Source: a virus
Virus record (IMG/VR): IMGVR_UViG_3300035181_002074
Span: 1 to 64,000 of that record
Direction: 5' to 3' (one strand)
Length of the DNA: 64,000 bases
Shown: positions 56,667-64,000 of the stretch, one piece after another
How the letters are laid out: each line of letters starts with the position of its first letter
How positions within the stretch are numbered: position 1 is the first letter of the stretch
Notes under the pieces: model-generated
What the model was told of the DNA's origin: nothing
The model's input: only the letters and a program-made list of their open reading frames with translations
Database searches by the model: none
Program-made: the position numbers and the translations under genes

Positions 56667-56906
56667 TTACTTCCAAAATTCTGGGTCAGCTAATTCATGG
56701 CCTGCAAATATACCTTCCAAATAGCCGATGAGAAATCCGTCTACGACACATTTACCGAATTCACCTTCGCCTTTGTGTCTCTTCTTTTCTTCCTTCATAA
56801 CCTTAATTGCCATTTTATTGAGTTTAACGATAAGATCATGACGCTTAATCAAATGCTGACTGTGCGCGATTAATTCTTCGGGAGTCATTTTCTTTACGTT
56901 TTTCAT
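56667..56906 (-). CDS. Hypothetical protein
   Basis: Coupled ORF in the early operon. Confidence 0.55.
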   Translation of the reverse strand: MKNVKKMTPEELIAHSQHLIKRHDLIVKLNKMAIKVMKEEKKRHKGEGEFGKCVVDGFLIGYLEGIFAGHELADPEFWK

Positions 56907-57223
56907 TTTTTCTTCTTTCTTGGTTTTCGTTTAGACATGGCTGTCGCACATTGTAACCTGATCTTGTTCCACTCCATCATACCGTACCTTTGGGTAAATT
57001 CATCTCTCAGTGTCTTGACGGTGAATCCAAACGAGAAGCTTAATGGATTAACGTTCCCATCTTTGATCATCATCACTATGGCATTTACTTTCATGGCTTC
57101 TTTTTCACCGAGAACCTGATTAAACACCGTAGCGTATAGATCTGCTGTATAATAGGCCACGACGGCATCATTATTAGATACCGATTCGAGGACTTTATCA
57201 ATCAGGCGTTTACCAAATTTCAT
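56903..57223 (-). CDS. Hypothetical protein
   Basis: Coupled ORF in the early operon. Confidence 0.55.
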   Translation of the reverse strand: MKFGKRLIDKVLESVSNNDAVVAYYTADLYATVFNQVLGEKEAMKVNAIVMMIKDGNVNPLSFSFGFTVKTLRDEFTQRYGMMEWNKIRLQCATAMSKRKPRKKKK

Positions 57224-57459
57224 ATTAAAATTGTAAATCTAAAGCTAGGGCTAGGAATATTGCTAATACCGTATAGGCGATTAAAAGGTTATGCACTTGT
57301 CTTTATCCCTAAAGTAATTCATCATGTTAAAAGTCACATTATTACACTGCACCACTAAAGTAGTCCGATTAGAATTAAATCCCACAGAAATGAATTGCCT
57401 ATTATTACCTTCGCATTGCTGTATACCCATTTTGATTAATAATGCCATCGAAATACAAG

Positions 57460-57798
57460 TCATTTTCTTCTCCTCATAGCGATATTTAACATGATCTTTG
57501 AAACTTCGATAGAGTTTAATCGTGTTAATAAAAAATCAGTAACCTGCTTGTTCGAGTATTCCCAATAATAACCTTCCATTAAAGCTAAAGGAATCTTCTG
57601 GGCTTTACGGCGTAAATCTTTTTGGCAATTATTAATCGCCACTCTAATCATAGAGTGACTAATATAATGCTCATCACCAAGTTCTGGGCTCCCCCAAGTA
57701 TGGTACACCGAACTGGTTCGCGTACCGGCAGTACCTTGGGTGTAATTAATAGTGAAATTGCTTGAGGATACGTTCCTTTGGTGTTTAGCCCAACTCAT
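57460..57798 (-). CDS. Hypothetical protein
   Basis: Coupled ORF in the early operon. Confidence 0.55.
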   Translation of the reverse strand: MSWAKHQRNVSSSNFTINYTQGTAGTRTSSVYHTWGSPELGDEHYISHSMIRVAINNCQKDLRRKAQKIPLALMEGYYWEYSNKQVTDFLLTRLNSIEVSKIMLNIAMRRRK

Positions 57799-58130
57799 TT
57801 TTTCCGATCCAAAAAGTATTTATGAACAAGGTTAGCCGCCATTGGGTTATTCAACCGCATTTCCATGAGCATATCGTCCAAATTAATCAGTTCAGCACCG
57901 TCTACAATCCCTACATCGGGTTTACCTTCGCGCCAGATACCTTGGGCTGTCACCACAGTTCCCGTAGCTTCGTCCACTAATACGGTGCCACGTTTGGTCA
58001 CAACCTTAATAATCTGCGGCAGGGCGCCTTCTGCGGCCTTTGGGGAGCCTACAATAACGGCTTCACCTTTAGATAGTTTTTCTAGTAGATCATTAATTGC
58101 GCCAGTGGGTTTTTTAGTGGGTTTCTTCAT
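57795..58130 (-). CDS. Hypothetical protein
   Basis: Coupled ORF in the early operon; GAGG RBS. Confidence 0.6.
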   Translation of the reverse strand: MKKPTKKPTGAINDLLEKLSKGEAVIVGSPKAAEGALPQIIKVVTKRGTVLVDEATGTVVTAQGIWREGKPDVGIVDGAELINLDDMLMEMRLNNPMAANLVHKYFLDRKK

Positions 58131-58608
58131 ATTTTAATAATAACCTCTTTTTGTTCATCCGTCAACCAGATTTCATAGCATCTGGTCATTTCGTACTGCT
58201 TACGCAGCATATCGTCGGCATTAAATATAGGGTAATGCACGATTTCAAAAGGAACTTGGTACAGGTTTAAGTTGTATGATTCTATCCGATAACGGTATTG
58301 TGGCCTATCATTCATATGTCAACCTGATTTCGTATATTTTGACTATTATAAATGATGACATCCTATTATAATCATAAAACATAAGACTAGCTGCAGTAGC
58401 CGATGGTTTCCTTGGTATATAAAATCCCCCGTCCAGCATAATATCGACGCGATGATCTGGCATCATGGCATAACCTCAATCATCCAGCCTTTGACCATAG
58501 ATTGGGATACCATAAATGCTCCAGATAGATTAATGGTGGGATCTCTTTTAACAGTATACGTGCCAGTAAACATCACAACAATGCGCCAGTGATTTAATCC
58601 GTACCCCA

Positions 58609-58809
58609 TTATTTTTTCACCACATTTTTGGCTTCTAACCCCTTTGGGTTTTCATAAAGATCGAATTCAACTTTATCTCCGCAACTTAAAAGTTTGTAAC
58701 CCTTATCAACAATACTCGAAAAATGCACGAATGCACTTCTGCCATCTTCAAGCTTGATATATCCGTAACCTTTTTTAGCGTCAAACCAATCTACTACACC
58801 CGTTTGCAT
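58609..58809 (-). CDS. csp: Cold-shock domain protein
   Basis: GVVDWFDAKKGYGYI...AFVHFSSI...GYKLL..GDKVEFD....KGLEAKNV. Confidence 0.93.
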   Translation of the reverse strand: MQTGVVDWFDAKKGYGYIKLEDGRSAFVHFSSIVDKGYKLLSCGDKVEFDLYENPKGLEAKNVVKK

Positions 58810-59012
58810 TTCTTTTTACTTTCTTTAATTTCTAGGAAAAAACCCGCAACAAAATCGACCGGATTATACGGATCATGAGCCACCGATGTCGGGTCTAATA
58901 ACACTGCTTCCGGTGAGAATATCCACGAACTATCAACCAAGAGCCATTGCCCTTTTTGTCTATCTCTAAAAATCATGACCCTAATTTTTTCATTAAAATC
59001 TATTTCAGACAT
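58794..59012 (-). CDS. Hypothetical protein
   Basis: 72-aa coupled ORF. Confidence 0.5.
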   Translation of the reverse strand: MSEIDFNEKIRVMIFRDRQKGQWLLVDSSWIFSPEAVLLDPTSVAHDPYNPVDFVAGFFLEIKESKKKCKRV

Positions 59013-59265
59013 ATACGCGGTACACCTTCCTGTCGGCTGGCCAATATATTGGAATCTTATAGGAGTCTCGGATAATTGTGTAGGTTAATGCTCCTCTTTC
59101 ATAAAAATTAATAGCAATAAACAATTGATACTTAATCATAGATCATTATTAAATACATTTTTCGGTCAATTTCATATGGATCAAAAGTGTTTGACATGTC
59201 ATGTGGGTAAACTGGTGCAATCCTTTGAAAGTTTGGTCTCAGTGGAATGAAAATAGTTATAGTTA

Positions 59266-59514
59266 TCATTCTTTACCTTCAATATCATCATAGCCGTAAA
59301 ATTTTGATAGCGAGTCTATTTTATCCACTACTTCTTTGTTAAAGCCATAATATTCACCATAAAAGCATAAAACGGCGATCAATGGAATATGACTCACTAC
59401 TGCAATGTCGGTGGCAGTATTAGACCAATTAAAATTCTCTTTAGCTTTCTCTTTTTCAAAAATTCCTTTAATCCAGTGATAGTTTCCTCTGTATCTATTG
59501 ATGTCAATTTTCAT
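59266..59514 (-). CDS. Hypothetical protein (start MKIDINRY)
   Basis: Coupled ORF. Confidence 0.55.
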   Translation of the reverse strand: MKIDINRYRGNYHWIKGIFEKEKAKENFNWSNTATDIAVVSHIPLIAVLCFYGEYYGFNKEVVDKIDSLSKFYGYDDIEGKE

Positions 59515-59651
59515 TTTGTAGCCTATCTTGGATGACTTTGCTTTGGTGGTCAACTTGCTGGGCGATATTATTAACTACAACGATGCACTGATGGGCTATC
59601 AGGAATAGACACGCTATCATTACAATGGATAATACTAACCTCATTCTAAAT

Positions 59652-59680
59652 ATAATACCACAATAAAGCGATTTAGTCAA
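59652..59680 (-). promoter_or_regulatory. sigma70-type early promoter
   Basis: TTGACT-17 bp-TATTAT with TG extension. Confidence 0.75.
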
Positions 59681-59683
59681 CCC

Positions 59684-59692
59684 CCTAATATT
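59684..59692 (+). promoter_or_regulatory. Putative late promoter motif CCTAATATT
   Basis: 6 nt upstream of the endolysin ATG. Confidence 0.7.
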
Positions 59693-59698
59693 CATAGT

Positions 59699-60127
59699 AT
59701 GAAAACTAATCAAAAAGGTCTGGATTTAATTAAAAGTTTCGAGGGGTTACGTCTACATAGCTATCAAGATAGCGTAGGAATATGGACCATCGGGTACGGC
59801 TCTACCGGTGCTGATATCATCGCTGGAATGACTTGGACGGAAGCTCAAGCCGATGCCAGAATGGCGCAAGACTTAGCTAAATTTGAGCAAGGGGTATCGG
59901 AAGCTTTAACCGTTACAGTAACAGAAAACCAATTCGCAGCAATGGTAGCGCTGGCGTATAATGTGGGGTTAGGTAATTTTAAAAGCAGCACATTACTGAA
60001 GAAAGTAAATGCACAAGATTTTGCCGAAGCAGCAAAACAGTTCTTGCGTTGGAACAAAGCTGGTGGTAAAGTATTAGCTGGGCTTACTAGAAGACGAGAA
60101 GCAGAAAAAGCACTATTTGAGGAGTAG
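59699..60127 (+). CDS. Endolysin, GH24 phage lysozyme
   Basis: FEG-8x-D-5x-T (FEGLRLHSYQDSVGIWTIGYG); YNVG; GLTRRREAE. Confidence 0.95.
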   Translation: MKTNQKGLDLIKSFEGLRLHSYQDSVGIWTIGYGSTGADIIAGMTWTEAQADARMAQDLAKFEQGVSEALTVTVTENQFAAMVALAYNVGLGNFKSSTLLKKVNAQDFAEAAKQFLRWNKAGGKVLAGLTRRREAEKALFEE

Positions 60128-60129
60128 AA

Positions 60130-60432
60130 ATGATTTACGACGATGACAGCTATCTATGGGGCTACGGTGGCGGTGAATCTGCAGCTAAACCACTTGTGAC
60201 ATCATCTAGAGATGATATTTATAAATACTCGATGCGTATCAGAGATCTGACCAAAACTGCGATGATCAGTAAAGAAGAAACTGTGGAACTGGAAGACCTT
60301 AGAAAAAAAATTGAGGACATTAGAAGTACTTGCTGGCACGACTGGGAAGTTACTGTTTTATTTCAATTCCCAAAAAGATTATGTAAGCGCTGCGACAAAG
60401 AAGATACCTCTTTTAATCACAGCGCCAAATAA
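60130..60432 (+). CDS. Hypothetical protein with C-terminal CxH...CxxC
   Basis: GAGGAG RBS; CWHDW...CKRC. Confidence 0.6.
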   Translation: MIYDDDSYLWGYGGGESAAKPLVTSSRDDIYKYSMRIRDLTKTAMISKEETVELEDLRKKIEDIRSTCWHDWEVTVLFQFPKRLCKRCDKEDTSFNHSAK

Positions 60433-60614
60433 TTTAAGATAAATCGACTTTTAATACTTTAGCAGTACCAATAGTTAAAGCAATTGCGGGTATAAATAAT
60501 CCCACTAATCCAAATGATAGGCTTTTTTTGAAACATAGTATGATTCCATAAAGATGGATACCTATGCTTGCAATAATTAACCCAGACAGTAAAATAACTA
60601 ATAATAAGCTCATA

Positions 60615-61532
60615 TTAATTCCTGTGAATTAGGTCATCACCTGTAAGAGTGTTCTCTAGGCAAAGACCATTAGTGTTCACTTTTTCATCTTTTGCTTTTT
60701 GACATGCTTGGTTAAGTTTTACAACAGAATCATGCAAACTTGCATCTTCGGTCGGAGCAGCGGTTGATTGATAGCTTGGACGGATAGCTTTAAGTGTCTT
60801 GGCTTCGACATTTAAAAAGAATCTTACGTAATCAGGTGGTACGGCCATTGCATACCCCAAAGAACCTTGTCCTGCAAAAGCTAATCCAGTTAATTCACCT
60901 TTTTTATTGAAAATCGGTGAACCGGATGAACCGGGCATAATTGTCGCTGTTACTAGTTGTGACTGATAGCTTTCATAAATAGGTAATCCACCTACTAAAC
61001 CGCAAATAAATCCCATAGCTGGATCTTTAAAGTCATCATCAGTACATTTACGCATTCCAATTAAGATCGTAATAATTTGAGACCCACTAAAATGTCCGGC
61101 AGTAACCGTTGTAGGCAATAAAGCTGGGTGACCCACAATAAATGCAGGTTCATAATAGTTTAAAGAGTCTGCGGCTAAGTTCACTCCAGTGCCAAGGTTT
61201 TCAGCAATCTGAATTAAACATAAATCGTGAGTTTGGGATGGCTTATAAGAAACAACGGTATTTAATTTGCCGTCATCAGTGCGAACCAATCCACCATTTT
61301 TTACGACACCACATACGTGACGGTTCGTCAAAATAAACGAGCCGTTACTTGTAGAAGAAAGAATTACTCCACTTCCACCACTATTTTGCGCCATATTTAC
61401 AATAGATACGGACACAGTTGCTAATTCTGCATTTGTGGTTGGGCGAATACGATTGTCACTCCATCGCTCGTGCAATAATATTATTCCTAATAGAAGGGCA
61501 AGTGCCCCAGTTGCTAAACCTAACTTTTTCAA
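60615..61532 (-). CDS. Membrane-anchored trypsin-like (S1) serine protease
   Basis: N-terminal TM; LTNRHV, HDLCL and PGSSGSP catalytic triad. Confidence 0.9.
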   Translation of the reverse strand: MKKLGLATGALALLLGIILLHERWSDNRIRPTTNAELATVSVSIVNMAQNSGGSGVILSSTSNGSFILTNRHVCGVVKNGGLVRTDDGKLNTVVSYKPSQTHDLCLIQIAENLGTGVNLAADSLNYYEPAFIVGHPALLPTTVTAGHFSGSQIITILIGMRKCTDDDFKDPAMGFICGLVGGLPIYESYQSQLVTATIMPGSSGSPIFNKKGELTGLAFAGQGSLGYAMAVPPDYVRFFLNVEAKTLKAIRPSYQSTAAPTEDASLHDSVVKLNQACQKAKDEKVNTNGLCLENTLTGDDLIHRN

Positions 61533-62035
61533 AATGAAACTCCTAACGTTAAACCTGTAGTGCGATTTTGTAAGTAAAATGCTCCAGCCGTGACCGCTCC
61601 GAAAACACGCTTGGTAGCTATAACCCCATATTCTGGAGAGTTAAATTTATTGATATTGGAATATGCCATGGCTCCTAAGAATACCCCGCTGCCACTGCGC
61701 TCGGTAGTTTTCTCGGCTAATTGTTCTTTGTATTTCTCTATCTCTTTTTTTGTTTCTTCTGTGGTATTTTGGGTGGTTGTCCCTTTATCGGTAATACGAG
61801 TTTCTTTTGTTTTTGTTCCGTCTGGATGAGTAGTTTCTGTAATGATGACAATCTTATTCTTTTGCTCCACCTTATCGGAAGTTTTTTCCGTTTTAGTTAC
61901 TTCTTTGATTACTTCTTTGATTTCAATCTTGGTCACAGTCTTAGTTGGTGATACCCAATATCCGAGCCCGAACACTCCTAAGAGGAGAGCAGCGGCAATT
62001 AATTTAGCTTGTAAAGTGCTTAAGTCAATCTTCAT
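61529..62035 (-). CDS. Membrane protein with charged stalk and C-terminal beta-strands ending in Phe
   Basis: N-terminal TM; K/E/T-rich middle; ends ...GLTLGVSF. Confidence 0.6.
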   Translation of the reverse strand: MKIDLSTLQAKLIAAALLLGVFGLGYWVSPTKTVTKIEIKEVIKEVTKTEKTSDKVEQKNKIVIITETTHPDGTKTKETRITDKGTTTQNTTEETKKEIEKYKEQLAEKTTERSGSGVFLGAMAYSNINKFNSPEYGVIATKRVFGAVTAGAFYLQNRTTGLTLGVSF

Positions 62036-62055
62036 ATATTATATTACCATAACTT

Positions 62056-63840
62056 TTAGAACGGACATTCCTCTTCTGGAGGTAATTCGCTAGGGGTTGT
62101 AACTGTTTTAGTTTTTTCGGCTTCAATTTCTGCTAAGTTGGCTTCAAACGTGATAGCAGTCTGTTTATCTCTCAGTTCGATATCCACTTTTTCTCTAAGC
62201 TCACTCAAGGATTGCTCTGAGCGCTTGTCTAAGGCAGTACCCTGCAAGGCAGATTCGCCAATCCATCTTGCTATCGCCTGAGAATCGACTTGGGTGTTAT
62301 AATCAAAAGTTACGGCAGGTAAATATATTCCGAAAGCTTGAGAGTGATCCATGTTGGTCTTGGAAGCGAATACACGGTCGGTTGCCCCAGCACGGTTCTT
62401 TACGATCATATAACGAATCAAGTCAGCTTGACGATCGGTTGGGGTTCTATTAATAGAAATAACTTGATCGGCAGCTTGAATGATACCAAAGGCTCCAGCT
62501 GCATCTCCCATGTCAAGCATTCTGCCTGTGCCGTTGATACCTTGATTGACCTTGTATCCATCACGGTTAGTCTGTACGGGCAATATGGTATGATATTGAT
62601 GCTCTCTAGCGTGATCGATGAAGTTTTGGTAAATCATGGTTAATTCATCATGTCTTTGCCCATTTTTACCAAAAGCAGGTGATCTAAGTCGTGCAGGGTA
62701 ATCGATCATTACTAAGTCAAATCCTTTACCGGTTGCCCGTTTACGCTTGACGATCGCTTGATTCAATAAATAATTCACATGCTCCATAGTCATCTGTGAA
62801 CTTTTATTGTGATGAATATGAGTAATCTGCTTGGATACTGTAGCTTCTACCATTGCCATAGAATAAAGAAAATTCTTTAATTCTGGATTTTCAGCAGCAG
62901 CCTTGTGTGGGCCACCCATGCCTTTTACAGTCTGACATAGTCGGCGCATCTCAAAATTGCTCTTATTTAAAATATTAGAGACAATCTTATCGCGAATTTC
63001 GTCTGCAGCTTGCTCTAGGGTGATTAGCAATACACTTTTGCCCATCATGGCATTAGCAGCTGCAATGGTACACAATGTTGTAGTCTTACCGCTATTAACC
63101 GTTCCTAGCACTACAGTAGAGCCACCAACAATTAATCCACCCATCGTCTGTTCCACTAGTAATTCGCCTGCACCCAAAATAGATTCATTTTTCTTGAAAT
63201 GATCATGAGATTTAAAGGTTTTTGTTGTCGGCAGAAGGCTTCCTTTTACTAGCATTTCATCAAATAGTGGATGACCGGTAGTACAATTATGTTCAGCCTT
63301 ATTATCATCTTGCTTGAGGTAACTTTCGTATAAGCCTTTGAAATTATCACTTGCGTCTGTGACATCACGGAAAACGATATCATTAATAGTATCGCTCATT
63401 TTCTGGACATGAGGCTTGATGGCTTTATAATCAGATTTATTTACATGTTGAGCAAGTTTATTGGCAAAATCTATCGCTGTTATTTTTGATAACCAGCCTT
63501 CTAGGTAGTCGCTCACGATTTCGATGGGATGAACATCTGCTAATCGATCACATTCAGCGAATTCATTTTGATATTTGAACTGGTCTTGTATATTACCTTT
63601 ACGTTCAACTAGGTACTTGAATACCACGGCACTATTAAAGACTAGATGAGTATAGTCAGGATTTTTGCAAAGCTCGTCAATAACGAAAACGATCTCCGAC
63701 AATAAGCCCGGAAACTGATTAAACTTCAGTTGGGTCATTACCTTTTCGGCAAATGAACGATCTTTTAGCATATGACCAACAATTGCTTGTGTGGTCGTTT
63801 TGTCTAATTCGATACCTGTTGATGTTAATAAATCTGCCAC
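62056..63840 (-). CDS. Replicative DNA helicase, DnaB/gp41-like (SF4)
   Basis: GTVNSGKTT (Walker A), ITLEQ, LVMIDY, PVQTNR, QAAD and KNRAG motifs. Confidence 0.88.
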   Translation of the reverse strand: MADLLTSTGIELDKTTTQAIVGHMLKDRSFAEKVMTQLKFNQFPGLLSEIVFVIDELCKNPDYTHLVFNSAVVFKYLVERKGNIQDQFKYQNEFAECDRLADVHPIEIVSDYLEGWLSKITAIDFANKLAQHVNKSDYKAIKPHVQKMSDTINDIVFRDVTDASDNFKGLYESYLKQDDNKAEHNCTTGHPLFDEMLVKGSLLPTTKTFKSHDHFKKNESILGAGELLVEQTMGGLIVGGSTVVLGTVNSGKTTTLCTIAAANAMMGKSVLLITLEQAADEIRDKIVSNILNKSNFEMRRLCQTVKGMGGPHKAAAENPELKNFLYSMAMVEATVSKQITHIHHNKSSQMTMEHVNYLLNQAIVKRKRATGKGFDLVMIDYPARLRSPAFGKNGQRHDELTMIYQNFIDHAREHQYHTILPVQTNRDGYKVNQGINGTGRMLDMGDAAGAFGIIQAADQVISINRTPTDRQADLIRYMIVKNRAGATDRVFASKTNMDHSQAFGIYLPAVTFDYNTQVDSQAIARWIGESALQGTALDKRSEQSLSELREKVDIELRDKQTAITFEANLAEIEAEKTKTVTTPSELPPEEECPF

Positions 63841-64000
63841 AGTTTAATCCAATACGTAATGTAAATCGAACCCTTTACCAAGATATTTATCTTTTGCTAT
63901 CTCTGTATAATTAATACCATATAATTTGCAATATTTTTTAGCTTTTTTTCGTAAATCGCTGCTAACATGTTTTGTAATCGCATAATAGGCTAATAAATCT

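Larger units (their letters stand above)
58127..59269 (-). other. Micro-ORF array G (5 members around the cold-shock gene)
   Basis: 58127-58315, 58308-58466, 58463-58609, 59005-59139, 59132-59269; e.g. MIKYQLFI...RKVYRVYV, MMPDHRVDI...KIYEIRLTYE. Confidence 0.7.

Noticed and set aside
61529-62035. Holin or spanin call
   Set aside because: On the opposite strand from the endolysin and under an early-type promoter; no diagnostic motif.

Overview
A 64 kb AT-rich segment of a large, probably lytic, contractile-tailed (myovirus-type) phage of a diderm host. Plus-strand late genes (baseplate hub, spike, wedge J- and I-like proteins, tube-like protein, several tail fibre/adhesin proteins, endolysin) sit in blocks that mostly begin with the same CCTAATATT motif. 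They alternate with minus-strand early islands driven by at least 11 canonical sigma70-type promoters, several of which appear to give leaderless mRNAs. The main finding, mostly below the 60-aa cut-off of the supplied ORF track, is about 70 translationally coupled micro-ORFs (mostly 37-66 aa) in seven minus-strand arrays; the largest locus, 29111-35235, holds 38 of them. They share an N-terminal Y-[RSH]-[IV] strand and a C-terminal K-x-[YW]-x-[IV]-x-[YIV] strand around a hypervariable, aromatic-rich middle, suggesting an expanded and diversified micro-protein repertoire. Other notable items are an HNH-ClpP fusion, a candidate structured ncRNA, a metallothionein-like peptide, a stand-alone Xre/MbcA-type antitoxin domain, an ArfB-like GGQ protein, a Coq7-like di-iron protein, and two tail fibres built from permuted modules. 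All calls come from manual motif reading; no database searches were run.
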